Shown here piece by piece: positions 28,645-42,858 of a DNA stretch of 64,000 nucleotides (position 1 is its first letter; each line of letters begins with the position of its first letter). The stretch is from Escherichia phage vB_Eco_F31, in sequence record OP870147.1. The stretch is one strand, 5' to 3'. The position numbers were made by a program, and so were the translations under genes. The notes under the pieces are model-generated. The model ran no database searches and was not told where the DNA came from. It worked only from the letters and a program-made list of their open reading frames with translations.

Positions 28645-29303
28645 TGACTGTACTTAATACAAAGGCGGGAGTTATTTCCCGTCATGCTGATTTTTTGAAT
28701 TACAGAAAAAATCCAGCTCAAATTGATGTTTTAAACAACCAAGCTGTAGGTTCCGTGACTATTTCTCAGTTAGCTCGCGGTTTTTATGATGCTAACGTAG
28801 AATCTGCAATAAATGATGTCCATAATATGGCACGAGCTGATATTGGTACTGTTGTCACAAACACTTCAGGAGTATCGCCTGAAGGTACAGCACAAGTTGA
28901 TTATTGGACTTTTTCTGGTGATGTTCTCGACGATACTTTGGCCCCTGGAACGCCGGTCGTTATTAACGTATTTGGACTTGCTGTTAAAGCAACAATCGGT
29001 ATGACTGATAACGAATTAACGGCACAAGTTCGTATAGCTTTACAAGAAGCCATTGCTAATCAAATCGCTATTTCTTCTTATAAAGACCATCCGTCTGAAG
29101 GTAATAAACTTCAGGTGACATATTTAGATAACCAACGTCATGTGTTGCCAACATATGCTTCGTTTGGTGTAACAATTTCGCAAGAAATTTTGTCTGAAGC
29201 AAAATCCGGATACGGAACATGGAATTTATTGGGTGCCCAAACGGTTACTCTTGATAACCATGATACTCCTACCGTTTTCTACCACTTTGTGAGAGCCTCA
29301 TGA
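28644..29303 (+). CDS. 11: gp11 baseplate wedge / STF connector
   Basis: ATG 28644 overlapping gp10 stop; [18 protein letters not shown]...; 219 aa. Confidence 0.92.
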   Translation: MTVLNTKAGVISRHADFLNYRKNPAQIDVLNNQAVGSVTISQLARGFYDANVESAINDVHNMARADIGTVVTNTSGVSPEGTAQVDYWTFSGDVLDDTLAPGTPVVINVFGLAVKATIGMTDNELTAQVRIALQEAIANQIAISSYKDHPSEGNKLQVTYLDNQRHVLPTYASFGVTISQEILSEAKSGYGTWNLLGAQTVTLDNHDTPTVFYHFVRAS

Positions 29304-30883
29304 GTAATAACAATACATACCAACACGTTTCAAATGAATCTATTTACGTTGAATTCGACCCTACGGGGTCGAATTTTCCAGACACAGTCACTAATGTCCA
29401 AGCCGCATTAGCTGCCATTTCTCCTTCAGGTGTTAATGGCGTACCGGAAGCAACAACTACTACACCTGGAATTATTCAAATAGCCACTCCACAAGAAGTT
29501 ATTGATGGATTAGATAATAGTAAAGCTGTTACTCCGGCATCACTGAATGCTCGTCTACAATATCCTAATGCAACCGAAACTCAATATGGTTTAACTCGTT
29601 ATGCTACTGAAGATGAAGCAGTAGCCGGAGTAATTGATGCATCGTCAATTACTCCGCTTAAATTGAATCAAAAAATAGACAATGTATTCCAGACAAAAGT
29701 ATCAACAGAAGCAACAAATGGTGTAATTAAAATTTCAACTTCTGCTGCGGCATTAGCTGGTTCTGACGATACAACGGCAATGACCCCGTTAAAAACACAA
29801 CAATTAGCAATTAAACTTATTTCACAAATTGCTCCAAATAATAGTGACGCCACCGAATCTATTACAGGTGTTGTTCGTTTAGCTACAGTTGCACAAGCAC
29901 AACAAGGCACCCTGCGTGAAGGCTATGCAATTTCACCTTATACCTTTATGAATTCAGTAGCATCAGAAACTAATAAAGGTGTCGTTAAACTAGGGACACA
30001 GACTGAAGTAAATAGTAACAACTCTTCAGTTGTAGTGACCGGCGCAACATTAAACGGGCGTGGGGCTACAACTTCTTTACGTGGAGTTGTTCGTTTAACT
30101 ACACAAGCGGGTAGCCAATCAGGTGGTGATGGTTCTTCTGCCCTTGCTTGGAATGCTGATGTTATCCACCAACGAGGTGGTCAAACTATTAATGGCACTC
30201 TTCGCATTAATAATACGTTGACGGTTGGTTCTGGTGGTGCTAATATAACGGGTAATGTCAATATGACCGGTGGTTATATTCAAGGCAATCGTATTGTGAC
30301 TCAAAATGAATTAGACCGAATTCTTCCAGTTGGCGCTATTACAATGTGGGCTGCAGATAGTTTGCCGAGTTCGGACTGGCGTTTCTGTCACGGTGGGACA
30401 GTTTCTGCTTCAGAATGTCCGGTATATGCTTCCAGAATTGGGACACGATATGGTGGTAGTTCTTCTAACCCAGGCTTGCCCGATATGCGTGGATTATTTG
30501 TTCGCGGCTCAGGTCGTGGTAACCATTTAACTAACCCTAATGTTAATGGTAATGACCAATTCGGTAAGCCTCGTCTGGCGGTAGGTTGTACCGGTGGATA
30601 TGTTGGTGAGGTGCAAAAACAACAGATGTCATATCATAAGCATGCTGGCGGTTTTGGTGAACATGACGATGCAGGAGCATTCGGTAATACTCGTCGTTCA
30701 AACTTTGTTGGTACTCGTAAAGGACTTGACTGGGATAACCGTTCGTATTTTACTAACGATGGATATGAAATTGATCCAGCGTCTCAGCGTAACTCTAAAT
30801 ATACCCTGAATCGTCCAGAATTAATTGGAAATGAAACTCGCCCATGGAATATTTCTTTAAACTATATCATTAAGGTAAAATAA
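29300..30883 (+). CDS. 12: gp12 short tail fibre
   Basis: 527 aa, same length as T4 gp12. Confidence 0.93.
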   Translation: MSNNNTYQHVSNESIYVEFDPTGSNFPDTVTNVQAALAAISPSGVNGVPEATTTTPGIIQIATPQEVIDGLDNSKAVTPASLNARLQYPNATETQYGLTRYATEDEAVAGVIDASSITPLKLNQKIDNVFQTKVSTEATNGVIKISTSAAALAGSDDTTAMTPLKTQQLAIKLISQIAPNNSDATESITGVVRLATVAQAQQGTLREGYAISPYTFMNSVASETNKGVVKLGTQTEVNSNNSSVVVTGATLNGRGATTSLRGVVRLTTQAGSQSGGDGSSALAWNADVIHQRGGQTINGTLRINNTLTVGSGGANITGNVNMTGGYIQGNRIVTQNELDRILPVGAITMWAADSLPSSDWRFCHGGTVSASECPVYASRIGTRYGGSSSNPGLPDMRGLFVRGSGRGNHLTNPNVNGNDQFGKPRLAVGCTGGYVGEVQKQQMSYHKHAGGFGEHDDAGAFGNTRRSNFVGTRKGLDWDNRSYFTNDGYEIDPASQRNSKYTLNRPELIGNETRPWNISLNYIIKVK

Positions 30884-32331
30884 TGACTGATATAACTCTG
30901 GTAGATTTACCATATGTTGACGGCCCACCAGACGCGGGTCAGAGTCGTATTGAATGGATTAAAAACGATGAAGAAATAACAGGTGCTGACACAAAATACG
31001 GTTCTGAAGGTGTAATGAACCGTCCTATTGTTGAAGTTCAACGTAACGTAGAAGCGTTAGATGTTAATATTAAAACTATAGCATCTTCTTTGAATACGGC
31101 CAATGAAGATATCAAAGCTATTCAAGGTATTTTAGATGTTTCTGGGGATGTTGATGCTCTTGCACAGATAGGCCAGAACACCCAAGATATCGATGTCATT
31201 AAAGTCACAGTTCAAACCCATGCCAGTGAATTGAATGATTTGAATGAACATATTGATGCGAATACTGACGATATTGGTGTTTATAATCAGGAAACAGATT
31301 CAGTTTATAGAACGGTTCGTAACGACCTGCTTTGGATTAAAAATGAATTAGGACAATATACCGGTCAAGATATTAATGGGGTTCCTACTCCAGGAAATGA
31401 TAGCACTGGTATGAAACGCCGTATTATGACTAATAGCTCCGTAATTGTTGACCACGGTGTTCGATTAACTGATTTGGAAACTAAATTTGCTGATTCTGAC
31501 GTCGGCTCTTTAACTGTTGAAGTTGAACACTTGCGCGAAGAAATGGGGCCTCGCACTTCTTTCACTACTCCAGTGTTTAGTCGTCTTTCCGGTATTGATT
31601 TAACTTTGTCGCGTCAAAATGCTGACTTGGATGGCATTAAACAGTCTATTGGGTATCCTAATACGACTTCTATTATTACTACAACTAATGCGAATAGTTC
31701 AGCAATAAACGACATTAATCTTGAGCTCAATCAATCTGGTGGTATTAAACCTCGTTTGACTACAGTAGAAACTGCCATTGGCGCCGATGATTTGCCTACT
31801 ACAATCCAAGGACGTATTAAACTCAATACTGATGCTATCGGAGCATTGAATACTGTTGTCGGCTCTGATTCTTCGTCAGGATTGCGTTTTAATGTGTCAT
31901 GGTTAAATAACGTAGTTGGTGTTGACGCTTCAGGTGGGAAACCGGAACCAGACGGCTCTTTGCTTTATCGTACTCGAGAGCTTGAAGGAACTATCGGTGG
32001 GCTGAGTAATGACATTCAGAACATTCAAACTGATGTTGGGACTAATTCCACAGGAATTAAGGGTTCTGTAAACACATTAAATACTCTTATAAATGGCACC
32101 AACCCAAATGGTTCGACTGTTGAAGAACGCGGTATATTGCCTACAGTTAAAAGTCATGATACGACAATTAATGGTTTAACTTCTAGAATTGCTACTCTTG
32201 AAACTGATTTGGCCGCTGCAGAAGCTGAAATCCAAACTCTTAAGGACGCTGGATATATTGAAGATGCTCCTTCAGACGGTAAATTCTATGTTCGCAAAGA
32301 TGGTGCATGGGTTGAACTTCCTACAGCTTAA
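30883..32331 (+). CDS. wac: fibritin (whisker antigen control)
   Basis: 482 aa coiled-coil protein with C-terminal foldon-like GYIEDAPSDGKFYVRKDGAWVELPTA. Confidence 0.93.
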   Translation: MTDITLVDLPYVDGPPDAGQSRIEWIKNDEEITGADTKYGSEGVMNRPIVEVQRNVEALDVNIKTIASSLNTANEDIKAIQGILDVSGDVDALAQIGQNTQDIDVIKVTVQTHASELNDLNEHIDANTDDIGVYNQETDSVYRTVRNDLLWIKNELGQYTGQDINGVPTPGNDSTGMKRRIMTNSSVIVDHGVRLTDLETKFADSDVGSLTVEVEHLREEMGPRTSFTTPVFSRLSGIDLTLSRQNADLDGIKQSIGYPNTTSIITTTNANSSAINDINLELNQSGGIKPRLTTVETAIGADDLPTTIQGRIKLNTDAIGALNTVVGSDSSSGLRFNVSWLNNVVGVDASGGKPEPDGSLLYRTRELEGTIGGLSNDIQNIQTDVGTNSTGIKGSVNTLNTLINGTNPNGSTVEERGILPTVKSHDTTINGLTSRIATLETDLAAAEAEIQTLKDAGYIEDAPSDGKFYVRKDGAWVELPTA

Positions 32332-32337
32332 TGAAAA

Positions 32338-32351
32338 GGGCCTTCGGGCCC
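32338..32351 (+). terminator. hairpin GGGCC-TTCG-GGCCC after wac (weak T tail)
   Basis: GC stem with TTCG loop. Confidence 0.4.
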
Positions 32352-32363
32352 TAAAGGATTTAT

Positions 32364-33290
32364 ATGTCAGGTTATAATGCACAAAACCCTAAAGAATTAA
32401 AGGATGTAATATTACGTCGTTTAGGCGCTCCTATTGTAAATGTTGAATTAACTACAGACCAAATTTATGATTGTATTTCACGAGCGTTAGAACTTTATGG
32501 CGAATACCATTTCGACGGGTTGAATAAAGGTTTCCATGTATTTTTTGTTGATGACGAAGAAAAATATCGTCACGGCGTATTTGATATGCGTGGTTCTAAC
32601 GTATTTGCTGTAACAAGAATTATAAGAACAAATGTTGGCTCTATTACTTCAATGGATGGTAATGCAACTTATCCATGGTTCACTGATTTCCTTTTAGGAA
32701 TGGCAGGTGTTTCAGGTGGTATGGGTAGTAATTGTGGTAAATTCTACGGTCCGAACGCTTTTGGCGCTGACCTCGGGTATTATTCTCAATTAGTATCTTA
32801 TATGGGTATGCTTCAAGATATGATTGCTCCTCTTCCGGATTTTTGGTTTAATTCTGCAAACGAGCAATTAAAAGTAATGGGTAACTTTAGACAGAAAGAT
32901 GTCATTATCGTTGAATCGTACGTTCGCTCTTATATCGAGACCCATAAGATGGTAGGAAATACAGTAGGGTACGGTCAGGTTGGTCCTCGTGATTCATGGT
33001 CTATTTCTGAACGTTATGATAATCCAGACCATAATTTGGTCGGACGACGAGTTGGTGAAGATCCTGCAACTAAACAAGGCGCATATAACAACCGCTGGGT
33101 TAAAGATTACGCAACTGCATTAGCTAAAGAGCTTAATGGACAAATTCTTGCTAAACATCAAGGTATGATGTTACCGGGTGGCGTCACTGTTGATGGTGTT
33201 CGATTAATTGAAGAAGCTCGTTTAGAGAAAGAAGCTTTACGAGAAGAGTTATATTTACTAGACCCTCCTGCAGGTATTTTGGTAGGTTAA
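32364..33290 (+). CDS. 13: gp13 neck protein
   Basis: 308 aa; synteny. Confidence 0.9.
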   Translation: MSGYNAQNPKELKDVILRRLGAPIVNVELTTDQIYDCISRALELYGEYHFDGLNKGFHVFFVDDEEKYRHGVFDMRGSNVFAVTRIIRTNVGSITSMDGNATYPWFTDFLLGMAGVSGGMGSNCGKFYGPNAFGADLGYYSQLVSYMGMLQDMIAPLPDFWFNSANEQLKVMGNFRQKDVIIVESYVRSYIETHKMVGNTVGYGQVGPRDSWSISERYDNPDHNLVGRRVGEDPATKQGAYNNRWVKDYATALAKELNGQILAKHQGMMLPGGVTVDGVRLIEEARLEKEALREELYLLDPPAGILVG

Positions 33291-33291
33291 T

Positions 33292-34056
33292 ATGGCAACT
33301 TATGATAAAAATCTTTTCGCCAAGCTAGAAAATCGTGGTGGGTATTCTCAGACAAATGAGACTGAAATCCTCAATCCATTTGTCAATTTTAATAATTATG
33401 AGAATAGTCAGACATTAGCCGATGTTCTAGTGGCAGAAAGCATACAGATGCGCGGTATTGAATGTTTTTATGTTCCACGTGAATATGTTGCCGTGGACCT
33501 TATCTTTGGTGAGGACCTTAAAAATAAATTTACTAAAGCATGGAAATTTGCTGCATATCTGAACTCTTTTGAAGGTTATGAAGGAGCGAAATCGTTCTTC
33601 AGCAACTTCGGAATGCAAGTTCAAGACGAAGTTACATTATCTATTAACCCAGGTCTTTTCAAACACCAGGTCAACAATCAGGAGCCTAAGGAAGGTGATT
33701 TAATATACTTCCCAATGGACAACAGTTTGTTTGAGATTAACTGGGTTGAACCATATGACCCATTCTATCAAGTAGGTAAAAATGCGATTCGTAAAATTAC
33801 TGCAGGCAAGTTTATTTACTCTGGCGAAGAAATCAATCCGGTGCTTCAGAAAAATGAAGGTATCAATATACCTGAATTTAGTGACTTGGAACTTAACCCT
33901 GTTAGAAATCTTGACGGTATCCATGACATTAATATCGATGAATATTCTGAAGTTGAGCAAATCAATTCAGAGGCAAGTGAATACGTTGAACCGTACGTAG
34001 TAGTTAACAACCGTGGTAGACAAAATTCACCATTTGACGATGGGTTTATGAATTAA
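33292..34056 (+). CDS. 14: gp14 neck protein
   Basis: 254 aa; synteny. Confidence 0.9.
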   Translation: MATYDKNLFAKLENRGGYSQTNETEILNPFVNFNNYENSQTLADVLVAESIQMRGIECFYVPREYVAVDLIFGEDLKNKFTKAWKFAAYLNSFEGYEGAKSFFSNFGMQVQDEVTLSINPGLFKHQVNNQEPKEGDLIYFPMDNSLFEINWVEPYDPFYQVGKNAIRKITAGKFIYSGEEINPVLQKNEGINIPEFSDLELNPVRNLDGIHDINIDEYSEVEQINSEASEYVEPYVVVNNRGRQNSPFDDGFMN

Positions 34057-34105
34057 TAAATAGATAAGATAAAGCAAACACCGGTCGAAAGGCCGGTTAG
34101 GAGAA

Positions 34106-34930
34106 ATGATGTTTGGCTATTTTTACAACTCGTCGTTCAGGCGATATATCACAATGATGGGCGATTTGTTTTCAAATATCCAAGTTAACCGTCAATTGTC
34201 TACAGGCAATAAATTAATTAGAGTTCCTATTACGTATGCATCTAAAGAGCACTTTATGATGAAACTTAATAAATGGACCTCTATAAACTCACAAGAAGAT
34301 GTGGCTAAAGTCGAAACTATTCTACCACGTATAAATCTCCAAATGGTAGATTTCGTTTATAACCCAACGTTTAAAACTAATATATTGAATAACTCTCTTT
34401 TGAGTAAATCGACTAAGGATATTGTAGACCAATACAACCCATCACCAATTAAAATGATTTTTGAACTGAGCATCTTTACTCGTTATGAAGATGATATGTT
34501 CCAAATCGTTGAGCAAATTATTCCATATTTTCAGCCGCATTTTAATACGACTATGATTGAGCAATATGGGCAGGATATTCCATTTGAAAGGGATATTAAA
34601 GTCGTATGGATGGCAGCAGCAATGGATGAACAAATAGACGGTGATAATTTATCTCGTCGACGTTTAGAGTGGTCATTAACATTTGAAGTAAATGGATGGA
34701 TGTATCCTCCGGTAGGCGCAGCTGAAGGCCTTATTAAAACGACTTATCTTGATTTTCATGCTAATGAACGAGACCTTCAAACAGCCGCCAGCGTTTTTGA
34801 ATCAGTTGATACAGAAATTAAACCGAGAGACGTTGAAGCACAAGATTGGAATGGTGAAGTTGAACAAACTTATACTCATGATATTCCAATCCCGACTCCA
34901 CCAACCCCTCCTGGTCCTAGAAAACAATAA
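34106..34930 (+). CDS. 15: gp15 tail sheath stabiliser / tail terminator
   Basis: 274 aa, MMFGYFYNSSFRRY... Confidence 0.9.
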   Translation: MMFGYFYNSSFRRYITMMGDLFSNIQVNRQLSTGNKLIRVPITYASKEHFMMKLNKWTSINSQEDVAKVETILPRINLQMVDFVYNPTFKTNILNNSLLSKSTKDIVDQYNPSPIKMIFELSIFTRYEDDMFQIVEQIIPYFQPHFNTTMIEQYGQDIPFERDIKVVWMAAAMDEQIDGDNLSRRRLEWSLTFEVNGWMYPPVGAAEGLIKTTYLDFHANERDLQTAASVFESVDTEIKPRDVEAQDWNGEVEQTYTHDIPIPTPPTPPGPRKQ

Positions 34931-34939
34931 GAGGTAAAT

Positions 34940-37256
<2,317 letters not shown>

Positions 37257-37283
37257 AAATAAAGCAAATTAAGAGGAATTAAA

Positions 37284-39263
37284 ATGGCACTTCTCTCTCC
37301 GGGCGTTGAGCTCAAAGAAACTACCGTACAGAGTACTGTAGTTAATAACTCCACTGGTACTGCTGCCCTGGCTGGAAAATTCCAATGGGGACCTGCATTC
37401 CAGATTAAACAAATCACTGATGAAGTTGCATTAGTTGATATGTTTGGTACTCCTAATACGGATACAGCAGATTATTTCATGTCTGCTATGAACTTCCTTC
37501 AATATGGTAATGACCTTCGTGTTGTACGCGCAGTTGATCGTGATACTGCTAAGAACTCATCTCCTGTAGCAGGCAATATTGAATTCACAATCTCTGCTGC
37601 TGGTAGTAACTATGCGGTTGGTGATAAAATTATCGTTAAGTATTTGACCGAAACTGTTGAAGCAGATGGTTATGTCACTTCAGTTGATGTCGATGGTAAA
37701 ATTCGTAACATTTATATCCCAACCGGTAAAATTATTGCTCGTGCAAAAGAAATTAATGAATATCCGGCATTGGGTTCTAACTGGACCGCCGAAGTTGCCA
37801 GTTCTTCTGGACTTTCTGGCGTTATTACAATTGGTTCTATCGTAACCGATTCGGGTATTCTGTTAACTGAAGTTGAAACTTCTGAAGAAGCTATTACTTC
37901 TCTAACTTTCCAAGAATCTATTAAAAAATATGGTGTCCCAGGCGTAGTTGCTCTTTATCCTGGTGAACTTGGCGACCAGCTCGAAATTGAAATCGTATCT
38001 AAAGCAGACTATGACAAAGGTGCTTCAGCCCAGTTAAAAATTTATCCTGATGGTGGTACTCGTGCATCTACTGCTAAAGCAATCTTTGGGTATGGTCCAC
38101 AAACTGATGACCAATATGCAATTATCGTTCGTCGTAACGATGCTGTAGTCCAGAGTGTAGTTCTTTCTACTAAACGTGGTGAACGCGATATTTATGGTAG
38201 TAATATCTTTATTGATGATTTCTTTGCTAAAGGCGCAAGCAATTATATTTTCGCTACTGCACAAGGTTGGCCAAAAGGTTTCTCTGGCGTAATCAAACTG
38301 GGTGGTGGCTTATCATCTAATGAAACGGTTGACGCTGGTGATTTAATGGAAGCTTGGGATTTGTTTGCTGACCGCGAATCTGTTAATGCGCAGTTGTTTA
38401 TTGCCGGTTCTTGTGCAGGTGAATCTTTAGAAGTTGCTTCTACAGTTCAGAAACATGTTGTAGCAATTGGTGATTCTCGTCAAGATTGCTTGGTTCTTTG
38501 CTCACCGCCACGTGCAACTATAGTCGGTATTCCTGTTAATCGTGCAGTTGATAATCTGGTTGATTGGCGTACTGCATCAGGAACTTACACTGATAATAAC
38601 TTTAATGTAAGTTCTACTTACGCGGCTATTGACGGTAACTATAAATATCAATATGACAAATATAATGATGTGAATCGTTGGGTTCCATTAGCTGCTGATA
38701 TTGCTGGACTTTGTGCTCGTACAGACAATATTTCTCAGCCTTGGATGTCTCCTGCCGGTTATAACCGTGGACAAATTCTTAACGTTATTAAGCTTGCAAT
38801 TGAAACTCGCCAAGCGCAGCGTGATCGTTTGTATCAGGAAGCTATTAACCCTGTCACTGGTACCGGTGGTGATGGGTATGTTCTGTACGGTGATAAAACT
38901 GCCACTTCTGTTCCTTCACCATTTGACCGTATTAACGTTCGTCGTTTGTTCAATATGGTTAAAACGAACATTGGTTCAGCATCTAAATATCGCCTGTTTG
39001 AATTGAACAACGCATTTACCCGTTCTTCTTTCCGTACAGAGACTTCTCAATATCTACAGGGTATTAAAGCTCTTGGTGGTGTATATAACTTTAAAGTTGT
39101 TTGTGATACTACCAATAACACCCCAGCAGTTATCGACCGTAATGAATTTGTAGCTACTTTCTACTTACAACCTGCCCGCTCGATAAATTATATTACATTG
39201 AACTTTGTAGCAACAGCAACTGGTGCCGATTTCGACGAACTAATTGGTGCTGTAGGTGGTTAA
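37284..39263 (+). CDS. 18: tail sheath protein
   Basis: 659 aa, same length as T4 gp18. Confidence 0.95.
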   Translation: MALLSPGVELKETTVQSTVVNNSTGTAALAGKFQWGPAFQIKQITDEVALVDMFGTPNTDTADYFMSAMNFLQYGNDLRVVRAVDRDTAKNSSPVAGNIEFTISAAGSNYAVGDKIIVKYLTETVEADGYVTSVDVDGKIRNIYIPTGKIIARAKEINEYPALGSNWTAEVASSSGLSGVITIGSIVTDSGILLTEVETSEEAITSLTFQESIKKYGVPGVVALYPGELGDQLEIEIVSKADYDKGASAQLKIYPDGGTRASTAKAIFGYGPQTDDQYAIIVRRNDAVVQSVVLSTKRGERDIYGSNIFIDDFFAKGASNYIFATAQGWPKGFSGVIKLGGGLSSNETVDAGDLMEAWDLFADRESVNAQLFIAGSCAGESLEVASTVQKHVVAIGDSRQDCLVLCSPPRATIVGIPVNRAVDNLVDWRTASGTYTDNNFNVSSTYAAIDGNYKYQYDKYNDVNRWVPLAADIAGLCARTDNISQPWMSPAGYNRGQILNVIKLAIETRQAQRDRLYQEAINPVTGTGGDGYVLYGDKTATSVPSPFDRINVRRLFNMVKTNIGSASKYRLFELNNAFTRSSFRTETSQYLQGIKALGGVYNFKVVCDTTNNTPAVIDRNEFVATFYLQPARSINYITLNFVATATGADFDELIGAVGG

Positions 39264-39275
39264 TAAGACGCCTGA

Positions 39276-39295
39276 TGGGCTATTTCGGTAGCCCA
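39276..39295 (+). terminator. hairpin TGGGCTA-TTTCGG-TAGCCCA after gene 18
   Basis: Stem-loop directly followed by the gene 19 late promoter. Confidence 0.5.
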
Positions 39296-39303
39296 TATAA
39301 ATA
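39296..39303 (+). promoter_or_regulatory. late promoter TATAAATA for gene 19
   Basis: Exact octamer upstream of gene 19. Confidence 0.65.
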
Positions 39304-39375
39304 TACTATATCGTTTAAAAATTAATTCTATGGGCATCCGGTTAATCCTAGGCCCATATTACTACAGAGGCTAAT

Positions 39376-39867
39376 ATGTTTGTAGATGACGTAACTCGTG
39401 CCTTCGAATCTGGTGATTTCGCTCGCCCTAACCTGTTCGAAGTAGAAATCTCTTATCTTGGGCAAAACTTTAGCTTCCAGTGTCGTGCTACGGCTCTTCC
39501 TGCTGCGATCGTTGAAAAGGTTCCTGTTTCTTATATGAACCGTAAAATTAACGTGGCTGGTGATCGTACATTCGATGATTGGACTATTACAGTAATGAAC
39601 GATGATGCTCATAGCATTCGTCAGAAATTTGTTGATTGGCAAGGTATTGCAGCAGGACAAGGTAATGAAATTACCGGTGGTAAACCTGCTGAATATAAAA
39701 AGTCTGCTATCGTTCGTCAATTTGCTCGTGATGCTAAAACGATCACTAAAGAAGTTGAAATTGTCGGCTTGTGGCCTACTAACGTTGGCGAAGTATCTCT
39801 TGACTGGGACAGCAATAACGAGATTGAAACGTTCGAAGTAACTCTTGCTCTTGATTGGTGGGAATAA
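39376..39867 (+). CDS. 19: tail tube protein
   Basis: 163 aa, same length as T4 gp19. Confidence 0.95.
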   Translation: MFVDDVTRAFESGDFARPNLFEVEISYLGQNFSFQCRATALPAAIVEKVPVSYMNRKINVAGDRTFDDWTITVMNDDAHSIRQKFVDWQGIAAGQGNEITGGKPAEYKKSAIVRQFARDAKTITKEVEIVGLWPTNVGEVSLDWDSNNEIETFEVTLALDWWE

Positions 39868-39870
39868 TCT

Positions 39871-39892
39871 GGTTGGGGAGAAATCCCCAACC
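39871..39892 (+). terminator. hairpin GGTTGGGGA-GAAA-TCCCCAACC after gene 19
   Basis: 9-bp stem with GAAA loop. Confidence 0.5.
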
Positions 39893-39915
39893 TCCCGTGA
39901 TGACGGAGAAGTCCA

Positions 39916-39923
39916 TATAAATA
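39916..39923 (+). promoter_or_regulatory. late promoter TATAAATA for gene 20
   Basis: Exact octamer about 29 nt upstream of gene 20 ATG. Confidence 0.65.
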
Positions 39924-39951
39924 TAACTATAATTCCCATTCGGAGAATACA

Positions 39952-41523
39952 ATGAAATTTAATATCTTAAGTTTGTTTGCTCCATGGGCAAAAATGGACG
40001 AACGTGATTACAAAGACCAAGAAAAAGAAAATTTAGAATCTATCACCACACCAAAATTAGACGATGGTGCTAAAGAATACGAAGTATCTGAAAATGAAGC
40101 ACAGCAAACATATAATGCTATGTTTCAGAGAATGTTCGGTAGTCAAGAACCAGGGCTCAAATCAACCCGTGAATTAATCGATACGTATCGAAATTTGATG
40201 ACGAACTATGAAGTGGATAATGCAGTCTCTGAAATAGTTTCTGATGCTATCGTATATGAAGATGATACAGAAGTCGTTTCTATAAATTTAGACAACACAA
40301 AATTTAGTCCAAATATAAAATCAATGATGTTGGATGAATTTAACGAAGTGTTGAATCATTTATCTTTCCAACGTAAAGGTTCAGACCATTTTAGACGTTG
40401 GTATGTAGATTCTCGAATTTTCTTCCATAAAATTATTGACCCTAAACGCCCTAAAGAAGGTATTAAAGAGCTTCGTCGTTTAGACCCACGTCAAGTTCAA
40501 TATGTCCGTGAAGTTATTACAACCACTGAAGCCGGTGTTAAAATAGTCAAGGGTTATAAAGAATATTTCATTTATGACACATCACACGAATCTTATGCTT
40601 GTGATGGCCGCATATATGAAGCTGGCACAAAAATAAAAATCCCTAAAGCCGCGATTGTTTATGCCCATTCTGGTTTAGTTGATTGTTGTGGTAAAAATAT
40701 CATCGGTTATTTGCATCGGGCTATTAAGCCAGCGAACCAATTAAAACTTCTTGAAGATGCCGTCGTAATTTATCGCATTACTCGTGCTCCCGATCGTCGT
40801 GTATGGTACGTTGATACAGGTAATATGCCTTCAAGAAAAGCAGCAGAACATATGCAGCATGTTATGAATACGATGAAAAACCGTATTGCATATGATGCTA
40901 CTACAGGCAAGATTAAAAACCAGCAGCATATTATGTCGATGACCGAAGATTATTGGTTACAACGACGTGATGGTAAAGCAGTAACAGAAGTTGACACATT
41001 ACCAGGTGCAGATAATACTGGAAATATGGAAGATGTACGTTGGTTCCGTAATGCGCTTTATATGGCTTTACGTATTCCTATTACCCGTATTCCAAGTGAC
41101 CAAGGTGGTATACAGTTTGATGCTGGTACTTCTATTACACGAGATGAATTGTCGTTTGGTAAATTTATTCGTGAGCTGCAACATAAATTTGAAGAGATAT
41201 TCCTAGACCCGCTTAAAACTAATTTAATTCTTAAAGGAATTATTACAGAAGATGAGTGGAATGATGAAATAAATAATATTAAGATAAAATTTCATCGGGA
41301 TAGTTATTTCTCGGAATTAAAGGATGCTGAGATTCTGGAGCGTCGCATTAATATGCTTCAGATGGCCGAACCATTTATTGGTAAATATATTTCTCACAGA
41401 ACAGCTATGAAAGATATTCTTCAGATGTCTGATGAGGAAATTGAACAAGAGGCTAAGCAAATTGAAGAAGAGTCGAAAGAGGCTCGTTTCCAAGACCCCG
41501 ACCAAGAACAAGAGGATTTTTAA
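39952..41523 (+). CDS. 20: portal vertex protein
   Basis: 523 aa; synteny. Confidence 0.95.
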   Translation: MKFNILSLFAPWAKMDERDYKDQEKENLESITTPKLDDGAKEYEVSENEAQQTYNAMFQRMFGSQEPGLKSTRELIDTYRNLMTNYEVDNAVSEIVSDAIVYEDDTEVVSINLDNTKFSPNIKSMMLDEFNEVLNHLSFQRKGSDHFRRWYVDSRIFFHKIIDPKRPKEGIKELRRLDPRQVQYVREVITTTEAGVKIVKGYKEYFIYDTSHESYACDGRIYEAGTKIKIPKAAIVYAHSGLVDCCGKNIIGYLHRAIKPANQLKLLEDAVVIYRITRAPDRRVWYVDTGNMPSRKAAEHMQHVMNTMKNRIAYDATTGKIKNQQHIMSMTEDYWLQRRDGKAVTEVDTLPGADNTGNMEDVRWFRNALYMALRIPITRIPSDQGGIQFDAGTSITRDELSFGKFIRELQHKFEEIFLDPLKTNLILKGIITEDEWNDEINNIKIKFHRDSYFSELKDAEILERRINMLQMAEPFIGKYISHRTAMKDILQMSDEEIEQEAKQIEEESKEARFQDPDQEQEDF

Positions 41524-41759
41524 TGGACGATTTAATTCAAGCTATTAAATCAAACGACCTCGTTGCTACTCGAAAGTTTTTTGAAAGTGCAATGGCAGAA
41601 AAAGCGGTTCGTTTGATTGAAGCACGCAAAGCAGAAATCGCTTCTCAATTTTTGATTGAAGGCGAAGAACCTGAAGAAGAAAAGAAAGCTAAAGCTTCGG
41701 AAGACGACGCTGATGAAGGCGATGACGACGAAGACGAAGATGATGAGGACGATGAATAA
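41523..41759 (+). CDS. 67: prohead core protein gp67
   Basis: 78 aa with poly-acidic C-terminus. Confidence 0.85.
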   Translation: MDDLIQAIKSNDLVATRKFFESAMAEKAVRLIEARKAEIASQFLIEGEEPEEEKKAKASEDDADEGDDDEDEDDEDDE

Positions 41760-42184
41760 TGTATCTTATCCCTGAATCTTATGAATTGGTACTCGAAAAT
41801 GTCGAAGCACTTATTCCTGAAGCACAGGGCCGAATCGATGCATTGTCTTCTGCTCTCGATATTGACGATATAAATACTATTATCGAGAACATGCTTGAAA
41901 CTGAAACGGATTTAGCTGTTGCAATGGCTTCCATTATTAATGAAGAACAGTTAAATGAGTTTATCGTTAAACATGTTTCTTCTCGTGGTGAAGTCACCCG
42001 CACTAAAGACCGTAAAACTCGTGAACGTAACGCGTTCCAAACCACTGGTCTTTCTAAAGCAAAACGTAGACAAATCGCTCGTAAGGTCGTTAAAGCTAAA
42101 AAAGCTAACCCTTCAGGCCAAGTTAAAGGCTTGCGTAAGCGTAAAAAAGCTCTTAAACGTCGTAAAGCATTAGGATTAAGCTAA
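41759..42184 (+). CDS. 68: prohead core protein gp68
   Basis: 141 aa, same length as T4 gp68. Confidence 0.85.
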   Translation: MYLIPESYELVLENVEALIPEAQGRIDALSSALDIDDINTIIENMLETETDLAVAMASIINEEQLNEFIVKHVSSRGEVTRTKDRKTRERNAFQTTGLSKAKRRQIARKVVKAKKANPSGQVKGLRKRKKALKRRKALGLS

Positions 42185-42825
42185 TGAATAAACCCGAGTT
42201 ACTTATTGAAACTTGGGGTCAACCCGGTGAGATTATTGATGGCGTTCCAATGTTGGAATCTCATGATGGAAAAGATTCTGGCTTAAAACCAGGGCTTTAT
42301 ATAGAAGGTATTTTTCTTCAGGCAGAGGTTGTTAACCGAAATAAACGTTTATATCCTAAACGCGTTTTGGAAAAAGCAGTAAGTGACTATATTAAAGAAC
42401 AAGTCGCAACCAAACAAGCCCTTGGAGAATTAAACCATCCACCTCGTGCAAATGTTGACCCTATGCAAGCCGCTATCATTATTGAAGATATGTGGTGGAA
42501 AGGAAACGATGTATATGGACGTGCTAGAATTATTGAAGGCGACCATGGTCCCGGCGATAAATTAGCTGCTAATATACGAGCTGGTTGGATTCCAGGTGTT
42601 TCCTCTCGTGGTCTTGGTTCTTTAACCGACACCAATAAAGGGTACCGTATCGTGAACGAAGGATTTAAATTAACCGTCGGCGTAGATGCCGTATGGGGAC
42701 CTTCTGCTCCAGATGCTTGGGTTACTCCTAAACAAATATCAGAATCAGAAAATTCGGTGGAAACCACCAAAAACAGTGCTGATGAAGCATTTAAAGCTCT
42801 CGCAGAGAGTTTAAAAGCATTATAA
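42184..42825 (+). CDS. 21: prohead core protease
   Basis: 213 aa; synteny 68-21-22-23. Confidence 0.92.
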   Translation: MNKPELLIETWGQPGEIIDGVPMLESHDGKDSGLKPGLYIEGIFLQAEVVNRNKRLYPKRVLEKAVSDYIKEQVATKQALGELNHPPRANVDPMQAAIIIEDMWWKGNDVYGRARIIEGDHGPGDKLAANIRAGWIPGVSSRGLGSLTDTNKGYRIVNEGFKLTVGVDAVWGPSAPDAWVTPKQISESENSVETTKNSADEAFKALAESLKAL

Positions 42826-42828
42826 ATA
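42821..42828 (+). promoter_or_regulatory. late promoter TATAAATA for gene 22
   Basis: Exact octamer about 30 nt upstream of gene 22 ATG. Confidence 0.65.
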
Positions 42829-42858
42829 ATAATGTAATCTAAACCACAGGACACTAAA